A stretch of 64,000 bases of DNA, taken from NCBI GenBank assembly GCA_037308085.1, contig CP147779.1, positions 192,001 through 256,000 of the forward strand, given 5' to 3'. Origin of the DNA: Promethearchaeati archaeon SRVP18_Atabeyarchaeia-1 (GTDB lineage Archaea > Asgardarchaeota > Atabeyarchaeia > Atabeyarchaeales > Atabeyarchaeaceae). Numbering within the stretch: position 1 is the stretch's first letter; each line of letters opens with the position of its first letter. Of the stretch, positions 9,314-19,500 are shown in pieces. The notes under the pieces were generated by a model. It was not told the DNA's origin. It searched no databases and was given only the letters and a program-made list of their open reading frames with translations. Position numbers and translations under genes: made by a program.

Positions 9314-10042
9314 TCAGGAAATAAATTTCTTCAGGAGTTCAGTGGCGAACTCCATCATTGCCAGTCGGTCCTCAAGGCTATTCTTCTCGTCGACAAAGCC
9401 TTGGTCAGATAGGTCACCAACAGCTTGCTTGGCTGAGAGTATATCCAACTGCTTCTTCACAGAAGCTCGCTCGATACTCATCAGATTCATCCAGTTCTTG
9501 ACATTTGCGTTGTCAGTGGATACCATGTTCTCGAGTTCCCGCTTCTTCAACTGGTACTCTCGGCTCAGCGACTTGTAAGCTTCGTCGCCAATCTGCTTTG
9601 TTGCATGGAGCTTCTCCAGTTTCTCAGTTTTGTCTTTGAGATCCGCGTACTCCTTTCTGTGAGCTTCAAAAGGAAATGGCTTTATCTTCTCTTCAAGTTC
9701 AGCCTTCTTATCCTTGGATGCCCTGGTTTCCTCCCTTATCTTGGCTATGCGATCCTTATAGTCACCAGGAGGAATGTCAGCGTTCTTAAGGAGAGAGTCC
9801 ATCTCGTTGACTTCTTCTTTGAACGCCCTTAACCTATTCTCAATCGCGTTAAGCTGGACTCTGATCTCAACCTGTTCAAGCACATCGGCTGGTATCTCCA
9901 GTTCAACGGAAGGGCCTTCCCGACCAGAGCTTGAAGCAACACTTCCCTTGATCAGCCGGCCACAGTACCTGCAGAAATTCTCAGAACCCTTGATGGGAGT
10001 GCCGCAGTAAGGGCATGAAATCCTATTTTCCAACGACACCAC
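9314..10042 (-). CDS. Zinc-ribbon plus CdvA-like coiled-coil protein
   Basis: CPYCG...FCRYCG double Zn knuckle, then coiled coils with repeated CdvA-like turns (KLHATKQIGDEAY; AKQAVGDLSDQGF). Confidence 0.65.
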   Translation of the reverse strand: MVSLENRISCPYCGTPIKGSENFCRYCGRLIKGSVASSSGREGPSVELEIPADVLEQVEIRVQLNAIENRLRAFKEEVNEMDSLLKNADIPPGDYKDRIAKIREETRASKDKKAELEEKIKPFPFEAHRKEYADLKDKTEKLEKLHATKQIGDEAYKSLSREYQLKKRELENMVSTDNANVKNWMNLMSIERASVKKQLDILSAKQAVGDLSDQGFVDEKNSLEDRLAMMEFATELLKKFIS

Positions 10043-10094
10043 TCCTCAAGATTGCTGCAGAACCTCGCGCCAAACCCTGCAGAAGCGATTGATT

Positions 10095-10418
10095 CTACGC
10101 GGTACTCTTAACCTTCGCAAGAGCTTTTTCAAAGGAGCCTTTATCTTTCACTATAGGCAAGTCGAAATAGGAGCCCAGGCCCTCTACTACCTCTTTAATC
10201 AGGTACATTATCGCATCCTTGGAGGTAAGCTCCTTTTTCTCGATTGTGCCATCTGGAGTTATAAATGATGCTTCCATCCACTTATCTCCGCCGGAGCTAG
10301 TCGGGAACATGGTATAGACGTAGTCCTCGGTGAAGGCTATTATACTAGGCGGAGTCGAGTAAGCTTTCTGAAGGATATTCAACATCTCGGCGGAATTCTT
10401 GGATTTGTCAGGAGACAC
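10095..10418 (-). CDS. Hypothetical protein
   Basis: 107-aa ORF with a GGGGGTG RBS, co-oriented with its neighbours. Confidence 0.7.
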   Translation of the reverse strand: MSPDKSKNSAEMLNILQKAYSTPPSIIAFTEDYVYTMFPTSSGGDKWMEASFITPDGTIEKKELTSKDAIMYLIKEVVEGLGSYFDLPIVKDKGSFEKALAKVKSTA

Positions 10419-10591
10419 CTATCAACACCCCCATGGATCCTCAAGTGCCATACCTCTAATAACAGGCTCGGTATGCAAGCATCCCTTGGCATTAATATTG
10501 AATAATGTAGATTTCCGCTCATAAGCATTTAGCAGAATCAGTCATTCGTGAGCAGAATCAATGCGATTGTCTCATTTTTCCACAAAAGAGT

Positions 10592-11221
10592 TCACATCTT
10601 CATCCATTCAAAGATCAAGTAGTTAACCTGACCCGACAGCGAGATCGTCGCGATAATGAACTTCTTTCTGACCGTCGTCGCAAGTCTTCCTGCCCTTACG
10701 GTTTCTATTGGGTTGATCGTTGAGCCCTTTGGCAAAGCATGCACTATGAAAGGCGCGTGGTCAATGCCCGGGCCACGCTGATAGACGCCGTAGTCGGCCC
10801 CAAACTTCAATCCAGGTCTAACAACATATCCTCTGTTCCTTAGATCCTTGTAGACGAGGTACTTGTCATCGAATCCATCATAGACTTTCTGCGCAAACTG
10901 TTGCAGTTCTTGGGCAGACATCTGATTCTTAGTCTTCGCATCAATCAGATTGATTCTCTTTTTCTCCAGTAAATAGAGAGCTTCCAACAAGGAGAGTTCG
11001 ACGGGGCATGTGAAGTCAAATGTCTTTGGCTTTCGAACCGATATAGGCTGACCATAGAAGCCTTCTTTATAGAGAGTTGACCCATCTTGTGGATCCCAAA
11101 CAATGACGTGCGTTTCGAAGAGCTCGGCTGTGATAGTCTTCTTGACCTCCGACTTCGAATTCGGCTCACCGATTTGTTTTTGCGCTTTGGCTTGTTCAGA
11201 GCTGTCACTGGGTTGTATCAT
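10592..11221 (-). CDS. endA: tRNA-splicing endonuclease (tRNA-intron lyase), catalytic subunit
   Basis: LSLLEALYL, VYKDLRNRGYVVRPGLKFGADYGVYQRGPGIDHAPF, GRLATTVRKK; the Tyr-His-Lys triad is intact. Confidence 0.96.
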   Translation of the reverse strand: MIQPSDSSEQAKAQKQIGEPNSKSEVKKTITAELFETHVIVWDPQDGSTLYKEGFYGQPISVRKPKTFDFTCPVELSLLEALYLLEKKRINLIDAKTKNQMSAQELQQFAQKVYDGFDDKYLVYKDLRNRGYVVRPGLKFGADYGVYQRGPGIDHAPFIVHALPKGSTINPIETVRAGRLATTVRKKFIIATISLSGQVNYLIFEWMKM

Positions 11222-11301
11222 GATGTTCGCCTTACAACTCCTGACTAATGTAGCGCCTGACTACCGAGTAGACCGCAACAACCTGCCCGAGGTCTTACCG
11301 T

Positions 11302-11970
11302 TCACTTGCTCCTTGCCATCGCAACTATCCTTATCGCATCCGCAGCCCTTTCTGCGGTGTCAGCCATCTCCTCAAAATGAGCCACCAGTTCCTTGAGCAT
11401 TATGAGCGTTTTGGGTTCAAGTTTCGATGCATAAAGCGAATGTCCTACCCGCCTCTGGATCTTGTCAGCATCTTGCTCAATGGCGTCAATCTCATCAGCG
11501 AACTCCAATGACTTGGCCGGATTCTCAGACAACATGAATATCGAGAGCCTAAGCTTCTCCGTAGCTGTGATCAGTTTCTCAATGAGATCTTGCATCTCTT
11601 TTTTGAAACCCGCGTCTGGCTTCCAGTCATGGATAGCCGTGATGCGGAAACCCGTTCCCTCAGCCACATCAGCTATCTCGTCAATGACGAGTGCCAGCCG
11701 CATTAAGTCCTCCCGATTAACCATAGTTGTAGCCTTTGAGAGTTGGTCAAGCAACTCATGCTTCAACTTGTTGGCCTCATCTTCGATTCTCGAGATCCTG
11801 TTGAGCCTATCTTCTGCCTCTTTGTATTCCCCTTCAACCCAATCATCGTAGAGAAGACTCAGTTCCTTGACGGCAGAGACGATCTTGCGACAGTGGTCCT
11901 GAGCTATGTCAATCGCTTTCTGCTCTGCAGATGCATCATATGGGTCAATTGTCGACACTAGCAGTCCCAA
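11302..11970 (-). CDS. DUF47 / PhoU-like phosphate transport regulator
   Basis: IEDEANKLKHEL, REDLMRLALVIDEIAD, IEQDADKI, EEMADTAERAAD. True start is about 11958-11970; the ORF track gives 12099. Confidence 0.85.
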   Translation of the reverse strand: MGLLVSTIDPYDASAEQKAIDIAQDHCRKIVSAVKELSLLYDDWVEGEYKEAEDRLNRISRIEDEANKLKHELLDQLSKATTMVNREDLMRLALVIDEIADVAEGTGFRITAIHDWKPDAGFKKEMQDLIEKLITATEKLRLSIFMLSENPAKSLEFADEIDAIEQDADKIQRRVGHSLYASKLEPKTLIMLKELVAHFEEMADTAERAADAIRIVAMARSK

Positions 11971-12296
11971 CCTCGCTTGTTTCAAGAACAATTTAAGGTC
12001 ATAACATTTCAACTTAATAACTTGTCGCTCAAAGCAAGGGGTAGGTCTCTGCGTATCATTGCGCACCATGGGGTGATGACGTAGCAGATACTTTCCCACC
12101 TACGGAAGGAGGTGCCGACCTACCCTATAACCGGTAGCCTGCGGACTCACACCGTACTCCCCGCCCTTTCGCACCCCATCTCACATCCGAGGCGTGCCAC
12201 TAAGAAAGATCGAAAGCCAAAGCAGGGAATGAGTCAGCGAAAACGTACAGAAGCTAACAGATCTGCCATGCTTCGGAAATTCTGCCCAATAAGCGT

Positions 12297-13076
12297 CTAC
12301 ATTTTCCAGAGATACTCGAAGTAGCCGTTTGCTATTGCAGCCAATCCAATGTGTTTCGCCCAAATCCCAATATTGATTACGTTGGCACCTTCCGAATTAG
12401 TTTCAGTCAAAATAATCATGGCTTCTCGTCCGTCAATGATTGCTCCACCTCCATAGAGGGACTCTCTGACTCGTGTCTCCGCGAGTTCACTAAGCTGGGC
12501 GGCGATCTTCGAGTCGAGTTTGGAGGTGAGAAGTCTAACCTTCACATCTGAGGAACGGAGCCTGCCAATTACTGGGTAGAACTTCGAAAATTCTCTGCCT
12601 CCAAAAGTCGGGAGTGCAATCAGAACATATCTCTGAGCCTTTTGTATGCTCTCCTCGATCTTGCTCAGCACGTTGTCTTCTCCGTAGACAATGTAGACTT
12701 CAGGTTTCTCCGATTTCCAGTTTCTCTCAAAAATAGGCTGAAGATCAGAGACCACCAGCTTCTCCTGTTCGTCAATGCGGCTCTGTATCGCAAGCTTGGC
12801 TGTGCGGACAGCCTCTAGTGGTGGCTTGGGGGCGTACTTAGTGGGCTTGGACTTCTCGGATTTGATCCAACCTTTCCTCTCAAGCCTGCCCAAGACATCA
12901 TAGATCCTGCTGTAGGGTACACCCGTGAGTTTGCTTAGATCTATTGCTGTCGAAGATCCCTTGTCAACCAAGGTCATGTATATCGTAGACTCGTATTCCG
13001 TCAACCCCAATTCACGCAGAGCACCATATACTCTTGAATCGGAACCTGCTTCGGTCAAGTCTGCATTACCACCCAA
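12297..13076 (-). CDS. TrmB-family transcriptional regulator
   Basis: LGLTEYESTIY...GVPYSRIYDVLGRLERKGW HTH, followed by a PLD-like effector domain. Confidence 0.92.
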   Translation of the reverse strand: MGGNADLTEAGSDSRVYGALRELGLTEYESTIYMTLVDKGSSTAIDLSKLTGVPYSRIYDVLGRLERKGWIKSEKSKPTKYAPKPPLEAVRTAKLAIQSRIDEQEKLVVSDLQPIFERNWKSEKPEVYIVYGEDNVLSKIEESIQKAQRYVLIALPTFGGREFSKFYPVIGRLRSSDVKVRLLTSKLDSKIAAQLSELAETRVRESLYGGGAIIDGREAMIILTETNSEGANVINIGIWAKHIGLAAIANGYFEYLWKM

Positions 13077-13114
13077 GAGGTATCTTGGAGAATCGCCATT
13101 AGTCTATGATATGT

Positions 13115-13663
13115 TTATTCTCCCTGAATAATAATATTCTGTTGACACTTCTGCCGAGTTATTCTTGGCTTCAGTCCTGACTTCAAGTGCGCCTCTGAAA
13201 TGACTTGAAGCGCGTGATCTGGAGTTGCCGTAAAATGAGCTAGGTGGCTAATACACGAGCAGTCACTTGAACCGAATCCTTTGATGGGCAGGATCCCAGT
13301 CAAATTGTGTATGCAGCGCGAGGTTTCACACTCTTTGAGCTTGCTCGTAGTCACAGATGAGACGATTCCTATTATCTTCGTGTTTGGATGCTTGAGTAGG
13401 TAGTCGATATGCCACCTCATTTTCTTACCGCTTGAAAGGTGGCGTGACAGTCTCCCACTTAAGCTCGAACTCCCACTCCCAATCGCAGACCCAGTGTATG
13501 CGTAGTCGCCGGAGAACTTGAATAGTCCCAGTTTCCCAATCTTGATCCACGCGCTTGGATCTACGTGGATCAATATGGTGTACACTCCTTTCTCACCGAT
13601 CTTTCCAGTTGGCTTGTGGACCGACATTATCATGCTTCTGGTTCTCGCTTCTCTCCTACTCAT
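13115..13663 (-). CDS. GIY-YIG nuclease family protein (DUF123)
   Basis: KGVYTILI, YAYTGSA, RLSRHL, WHIDYLL, GFGSSDCSCISHL. Confidence 0.88.
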   Translation of the reverse strand: MSRREARTRSMIMSVHKPTGKIGEKGVYTILIHVDPSAWIKIGKLGLFKFSGDYAYTGSAIGSGSSSLSGRLSRHLSSGKKMRWHIDYLLKHPNTKIIGIVSSVTTSKLKECETSRCIHNLTGILPIKGFGSSDCSCISHLAHFTATPDHALQVISEAHLKSGLKPRITRQKCQQNIIIQGE

Positions 13664-13754
13664 TTACATGATCGAAACATTATTCTCTAAGTATTTCCTT
13701 CTTTCTTTTATGACAGACGCTATTTAGCGAGGAAGCAATGGGGTTACGGCTCAA

Positions 13755-14165
13755 ATGGCATGCACTTACTCAAGTATTGAGATTCAGAGGGAACCTGAGT
13801 TCAGAGTATTCAAGAGATGCCTTTTCTATAACTTACCTTGCGCCGAGGTGAGGGGTTCCAAGAAGTGTCCTCTCCTCAGACGCACGTCGTCTGGACCGGC
13901 GATAGCCGGCGCACCAGCGACTCGTGGTGACGAAAAGGAAGTTTTGAACGAAGAGTTGAGGCAATTTGATAATATCCCTGCCGTTGGGGGGGAATACGGG
14001 GCAACAGGGAGGGCTCCAAAAGAGGCAACTGAGAAAACTGAGAAAATCAATGTGGTGGCTCCAAGAAGCGACGTAGATCTGCTTAGGGCAGAACTATCGG
14101 ATTTCATGGACAAGATGGAGTCGAAGAAAGAGAAACCGGCAATCTCCAAGAAGAAGGAGAAGTAA
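13755..14165 (+). CDS. Hypothetical protein with a Cys-containing N-terminus
   Basis: 136-aa ORF with four Cys in the first 40 aa and a charged C-terminus. Confidence 0.6.
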   Translation: MACTYSSIEIQREPEFRVFKRCLFYNLPCAEVRGSKKCPLLRRTSSGPAIAGAPATRGDEKEVLNEELRQFDNIPAVGGEYGATGRAPKEATEKTEKINVVAPRSDVDLLRAELSDFMDKMESKKEKPAISKKKEK

Positions 14166-14291
14166 CATTGACGGATGGAACGCAGACGACCTTGGGACTG
14201 TCATGATCTGATAGAGTCGTCCCCCGAGAACTATACAGTTTCTTATTCGTAGGCAAGTTGCCATTAAATCCAATTCAGGCTGGAAAGAGGC

Positions 14292-16013
14292 GTGATCAAT
14301 TTGCGCACCAACTCAAAACAGGCTGCAGAACGTGGCGTCGAAACCAAGGTTTCAACGACACATGGTCCGCGCATTGTCAGGGCAGATCGAGGTCCTAAGT
14401 TGACTTGTAAGGGATGGCAACAGGAAGCGGCATTGAGAATGCTTGAGAACAACTTGGATCCGGAGGTCGCAAAGGACCCTGACAACCTGATTGTTTACGG
14501 GGGAGCAGGAAAAGCTGCCAGAAATTGGGAGTGCTTCGACAAGATCATTGAATCACTGAGAGAACTTGAAAATGATGAGACTCTGGTAGTCCAGTCAGGC
14601 AAACCTGTTGGCATAATAAGAACACATCCAGAAGCCCCGCGGGTGCTAATCTCAAATGCAATGCTGGTTCCGAAATGGGCTACATTGGACGAGTTCAGGA
14701 GACTTGAGCAACTTGGGTTAACCATGTATGGGCAAATGACTGCCGGGAGCTGGATATACATTGGAACGCAGGGAATTCTCCAAGGTACATATGAGACATT
14801 TGCTGCAGTAGCCAGAAAGCATTTCAATGGAAGCCTGAAAGGAAGGCTTGTGCTCTCAGCAGGTCTAGGTGAAATGGGCGGGGCGCAACCACTCGCTGTA
14901 ACGATGAATGAAGGCGTCGCGATAATCGTTGAGGTTGACAGAGAATCCATTGAAAGGAGAATACGGAAAGAGTATTGCGACACTATGGTGGAGAATCTGG
15001 ATGAGGCAGTCTCAATGGCCAAAGAAGCGGTTGAGAATATGGAGGCAAAATCCATTGCTCTCCTTGGCAATGCAGCTGAGATCCACCCGAAACTCGTTGA
15101 TATGGGGATCAAACCTGATGTCGTGACCGATCAGACTGCGGCACATGACCCGCTCAACGGATATGTCCCGATGGGAATGAGCGTAGAAGAAGCAAGAAGA
15201 TTCAGACAAGAAAACCCAGACGGGTACATAAGCAAATCAAAGAAATCTATGGCCGTCCATGTTAAGGCTATGCTTGATTTCCAGCGCAGAGGTTCTATCG
15301 TCCTTGATTACGGTAATAACATTCGTCAACAGGCCTACGACGAAGGAGTGAAAGATGCATTCAAGATACCTGGGTTTGTACAAGCATATGTTCGCCCACT
15401 CTTCTGTGAAGGGCGAGGACCATTCCGCTGGGTGGCACTGTCAGGAGACCAAGAAGACATATACAAGCTCGACGACGTTGTTACAAAGGAATTCGCGTAC
15501 AGTAAGTCACTTGTTAGATGGATTAAGCTTGCCCGGGAGAAAGTCAGATTCCAGGGTCTGCCTGCGAGAGTCTGCTGGCTGGGTTTGGGTGAGAGAGCGA
15601 AGTTCGGGAGAATAATAAATGACATGGTTAGAAATAAAGAGCTCAAAGCCCCAATCGTAATTGGACGAGATCACTTGGATTCTGGTTCAGTCGCTTCGCC
15701 CAACCGCGAGACTGAAGGTATGATCGACGGTAGTGATGCAATCGCGGACTGGCCAATTCTGAATGCCCTGCTCAACGCCGTAAACGGCGCAACGTGGGTG
15801 TCGGTGCATCACGGCGGAGGTGTGGGGATAGGCTACTCGATACATGCTGGGATGGTAGTCGTAGCGGACGGAACAAGGGAAGCCGAAAGGAAGCTTGAGA
15901 GGGTCCTAACATCAGATCCGTGGAGCGGAGTAATACGCCACGCAGACGCTGGATACGAGGAGGCAATTGAAACAGCAAAGAGATTCAAGCTTAAGATACC
16001 TTTAATGAAATGA
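14292..16013 (+). CDS. hutU: Urocanate hydratase
   Basis: [60 protein letters not shown]. Confidence 0.98.
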   Translation: MINLRTNSKQAAERGVETKVSTTHGPRIVRADRGPKLTCKGWQQEAALRMLENNLDPEVAKDPDNLIVYGGAGKAARNWECFDKIIESLRELENDETLVVQSGKPVGIIRTHPEAPRVLISNAMLVPKWATLDEFRRLEQLGLTMYGQMTAGSWIYIGTQGILQGTYETFAAVARKHFNGSLKGRLVLSAGLGEMGGAQPLAVTMNEGVAIIVEVDRESIERRIRKEYCDTMVENLDEAVSMAKEAVENMEAKSIALLGNAAEIHPKLVDMGIKPDVVTDQTAAHDPLNGYVPMGMSVEEARRFRQENPDGYISKSKKSMAVHVKAMLDFQRRGSIVLDYGNNIRQQAYDEGVKDAFKIPGFVQAYVRPLFCEGRGPFRWVALSGDQEDIYKLDDVVTKEFAYSKSLVRWIKLAREKVRFQGLPARVCWLGLGERAKFGRIINDMVRNKELKAPIVIGRDHLDSGSVASPNRETEGMIDGSDAIADWPILNALLNAVNGATWVSVHHGGGVGIGYSIHAGMVVVADGTREAERKLERVLTSDPWSGVIRHADAGYEEAIETAKRFKLKIPLMK

Positions 16014-16038
16014 AGAGGCTGAAAGGTTCCATGAAAGA

Positions 16039-16347
16039 TTAGATCTTGCTGAGTACAGAGTCAACCTTGCCTTTCATCCTTTCACCTGCGATGTCTCTTC
16101 TGTCGTCTATCTTGATGAGGGTGCTAACCCGTTTAGCCCCTGCTTTGAAAAGTGATTCGTGAGCTTGCTTTACCAAAGCGAAAAGCTTGTCGAGTGAGTC
16201 GGTCTCGATTATCGTCGACATGGGTGTGAGTTGCCACTTGATCCCCTTTGCTTGTTTTATAGTTTTCAAGGCCTCAGCTATGTAGGTCGACAGCTCCGTT
16301 GAACCTGTTCCGATTGGAACAACTGACAGCTCTGCCATGACAGTCAT
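16039..16347 (-). CDS. MTH1187/YkoF-family thiamine-binding protein
   Basis: AELSVVPIGTGS...LTPMSTIIE...RVSTLIKIDDRRD. Confidence 0.9.
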   Translation of the reverse strand: MTVMAELSVVPIGTGSTELSTYIAEALKTIKQAKGIKWQLTPMSTIIETDSLDKLFALVKQAHESLFKAGAKRVSTLIKIDDRRDIAGERMKGKVDSVLSKI

Positions 16348-16448
16348 CGCGGATCAAATCCTCCTGGTTCGTGAGTTAATATTCCCTCCTGTTATTGGAG
16401 AGTTATATAAGGCATTCTGACTCTATCTATGGATGTGGGGGGTATTCT

Positions 16449-17417
16449 TTGAGACCGCCATGTGAGCTAGTTGTTAAGCATTATCTTCCCGTGATTCGCT
16501 CACTGATAGCGCGGGAGTTGATGGACGACTACAAGTTGAGCCAGATGCAGATCGCAAAGCTCCTTGGGATCACCCAGCCTGCAGTTAGCAACTATCTCTC
16601 TTTGCTCAGGGGTGAAGCAGACAAAGCCTATGATCGGACTGAGGTCAGAGAAGTCGCCAAGAAAATGGCTAGCGAGTTGGTGGAAGGCAGGCTATCACTA
16701 TCCAAGTCGATATATACTGTCTGCAAGCTATGCATAAAGCTCAGAAGCGGCGGAGTTACCTGCGGCTTACATAAAGAGGCAGTGCCAGAATTGTCAGTTG
16801 AAGAGTGTTCAGTCTGTTCGAAGCTCTTTGCCGAGGAGACTGAGCCGATCTCGGACAGAATCAGCGTTCTTAACAACATGAGGAACGCAATATCAAAGCT
16901 TGTCGACTCAAAGGAATTCATGGCGCTTGTCCCCGAGGTCAGAACCAACTTGGTAATGGCAACAAATGATGCTGCATCAGAAGACGAGATTGCGGGAATC
17001 CCGGGAAGGATAACTGTCGCGAGAGGACGCGTGAAGAGTCTAAGCGCAGAACCTGAATTCGGAGCGTCATTCCACTTGGCAGCAGTTCTCCTCGCCGCCA
17101 TCGAGAAGGACAAAAAGGTGCGCGGAGCCATAAACGTGAAATTCAGCATCGAAGTGGAGCAAGCTATGCGGCGCCTCGGAATGGAAGTCTACAAATTCAA
17201 CAGGGCAAAGTTTGATACGATGGCAAATGAGAAGCATCTAGCGGTTCCTTTGGCTGTGAAGAGGGCAGCCGATGAGCTTGGCAGAATACCAGAGGCTCTT
17301 GTGGATGAAGGGGGTTATGGAGTGGAGCCTGCCACGTACGTCTTTGGATCTTCGGCGACGGATGTGGTTGAGAAAGCCATCAAGATTGCAGAAGTCCTGT
17401 CAGACAAAGATCAGTAG
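16449..17417 (+). CDS. HTH plus thiamine-phosphate synthase (ThiN) domain regulator, ThiR-like
   Basis: RPPCELVVKHYLPVIR...QIAKLLGITQPAVSNYL HTH; LVPEVRTNLV, IAGIPGRI, PEFGASFHLA, GGYGVEP ThiN domain. Confidence 0.85.
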   Translation: MRPPCELVVKHYLPVIRSLIARELMDDYKLSQMQIAKLLGITQPAVSNYLSLLRGEADKAYDRTEVREVAKKMASELVEGRLSLSKSIYTVCKLCIKLRSGGVTCGLHKEAVPELSVEECSVCSKLFAEETEPISDRISVLNNMRNAISKLVDSKEFMALVPEVRTNLVMATNDAASEDEIAGIPGRITVARGRVKSLSAEPEFGASFHLAAVLLAAIEKDKKVRGAINVKFSIEVEQAMRRLGMEVYKFNRAKFDTMANEKHLAVPLAVKRAADELGRIPEALVDEGGYGVEPATYVFGSSATDVVEKAIKIAEVLSDKDQ

Positions 17418-17508
17418 CACGAGGGCGCGTTCATGGGCAAGGTGAGACCTCTGGGATGGAGTTTACGATCTGTTTTCCACCGTCGATCAAAGGTAGGCGA
17501 AACCGTCA

Positions 17509-18588
17509 ATGAGCAAGGCAGGATTTCTACCTAAAGGCAAGCTTCGAGGCGAAGAACTCAGCAGAATCGTTCTTCAGCATCTCCCAATGCTAAGCGGAGG
17601 GGCGACTATCAATCTCGATTTCTCGAAGTTCTCAGCCAGTAGTGGGGAGCTGATCGTCTCTTGTGACCCTATCATCGGTATCCCTCCCGAGTATTATGGT
17701 TTTTCAGCAGTCCACGTGCCAGGAGCCGACATCGCGGTTGCGGGAGTCAAACCGACGTACCTTGAGTTGGGAGTCTATTACCCGCCAGGCTACTCTGCAG
17801 AGTGGCTTGAAAGGAATATGCGCGACTTGGGAGATGAGGCAAGAAGGCTGGGAATCAAGATCATCGGGGGACACACCGGAGGATATGACGGGCTTTCGCA
17901 ACCACTAATATCATCAACCTGCATCGGGGTGATTAAGAACCGGCTGCTGATGCCTTCCCAGATAGAAGTCGGTGACAGGTTGCTGGTCTCTGGTCCCGTG
18001 ACTCATGAATTGGCAATATTCCTTTCTTATGTGGAAGCTGGGAAAGTGGAGAAACTGCTGGGGACCAAGAAGACGGCGGCGCTGAGGAAAGACATGAAGC
18101 GAATCACCGTCATAGAACCGGCGCTGGCCGCAGCCGAAGCTGGAGCCCGGGCGATGCACGACATAGCTGAAGGCGGAACGGCACTTGCGTTGAAGGAATT
18201 TTCTGAAGCCTCCAGGCTGGGAATCGAGTTTAACTATGACTTGATACCTTGGAGCAGCGAAGGACTCTCAGTCACTAAGGAGTTCGGCGCTGATCCCCTC
18301 TCAACATCTTCCTTTGGTAGCCTTCTGGTCGCCGTAAGTCAAGATCGTGTTGAAGGAGTTCTCGATGCACTTGCCAAGCAGGGGAGACCCGCCAGGGAAG
18401 TGGGCTATTTCCTTGAGAATAGGGGGGTCGTTGTGAAGAGGGGGGATAGGAGGACAAGGCTGGAGATAGGGGAAGACATCTATGGCCGTTTCACTCCAAA
18501 GCTTCAACAAAGTACTAGTTCAACAGGAGGAGATGGATCCGGATCCTCTTTCAAGACCCGTCGCGTTGTGACACGGGAAAAGGCATAA
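17509..18588 (+). CDS. AIR synthase-related (HypE/ThiL-like) protein
   Basis: GKL N-terminus, SCDPI, IIGGHT, MHDIAEGG, DPL..SSFGSLL. Confidence 0.8.
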   Translation: MSKAGFLPKGKLRGEELSRIVLQHLPMLSGGATINLDFSKFSASSGELIVSCDPIIGIPPEYYGFSAVHVPGADIAVAGVKPTYLELGVYYPPGYSAEWLERNMRDLGDEARRLGIKIIGGHTGGYDGLSQPLISSTCIGVIKNRLLMPSQIEVGDRLLVSGPVTHELAIFLSYVEAGKVEKLLGTKKTAALRKDMKRITVIEPALAAAEAGARAMHDIAEGGTALALKEFSEASRLGIEFNYDLIPWSSEGLSVTKEFGADPLSTSSFGSLLVAVSQDRVEGVLDALAKQGRPAREVGYFLENRGVVVKRGDRRTRLEIGEDIYGRFTPKLQQSTSSTGGDGSGSSFKTRRVVTREKA

Positions 18589-18647
18589 ATGAATATGTGG
18601 CTTATATAAGCCATTGATAAGTGCCCAAGTGATTTGAGGAGAGCTAA

Positions 18648-19349
18648 TTGAAAAAGGAAGGTAGCATTGGATCTGCTGTCAGTGCCGCTAGGTCGCAGAC
18701 AATTGCCTTAACAGGGGTTCTATCTGCTGTCGTGGCAATTCTAACCTTCGTGGTAATACCTGCCCCTCAACCACTAGGGGGATTCGATGCTTCATCAATA
18801 CTAGTGCTCTCGCTGCCCATCCTACTGGGAACTGAAATCGGAACAGCGATAGTTTGCGTAGGGGAATTTGTCGGAACCCTGTTTCTCATGCTCATTGGTC
18901 TTGCCGCACCGTACTATGTTCCAGGAATAGTTGCAGTCCGAGGCTCCGAGGCGTATATTGTCGGAAAAATCGCTGAAAGCGGATTGTTCGGAAGGAAAAA
19001 GGAAGGAAGAAGAGAACTCTTTGCAGTGTCTCTGGGTCCCGTCTGGGAGACCTTCGGATTCATAGCAGCAAACTACTATCTCTACTACCTGTTGATGGGT
19101 CCTGAATTGGCGGTCGCTAACTCGGTCTACCTGCTTTTGGTGCTCGTCGACTTGGTGTGGGTAGCCCCAGCCATCGCCGTCCTTTCAGCAGTCAGGGATT
19201 GGATCAGCTCCAGTCACACGGACATAAGACTCGAGCTACAGGCGGCAGGCGATACGAAGAAAACCCTCTTCCGAATCTCAGCAATATTCATAATATCATG
19301 CTGGGCGCTTCTACTTCTTATCCCATTTGTACTTACGAGTTGGTTCTAG
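18648..19349 (+). CDS. ECF transporter S-component-like membrane protein
   Basis: About six hydrophobic helices; IPAPQPLGGFDAS and YVPGIVAVRGSEAYIVG resemble ECF S components. Confidence 0.65.
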   Translation: MKKEGSIGSAVSAARSQTIALTGVLSAVVAILTFVVIPAPQPLGGFDASSILVLSLPILLGTEIGTAIVCVGEFVGTLFLMLIGLAAPYYVPGIVAVRGSEAYIVGKIAESGLFGRKKEGRRELFAVSLGPVWETFGFIAANYYLYYLLMGPELAVANSVYLLLVLVDLVWVAPAIAVLSAVRDWISSSHTDIRLELQAAGDTKKTLFRISAIFIISCWALLLLIPFVLTSWF

Positions 19350-19500
19350 ACGCTATTTCTTAATATAGACAGACCATGATTAGTAATAGCCGCTCTGTCG
19401 AAGAATACTTGGCGGTGGCTGAGACGTATTGTCGCAAGTAGAATCGCTTACTGGGTCTACTCAAAAAGAGACTGCTTGCCATAAGGAGGTATAGAATCCA

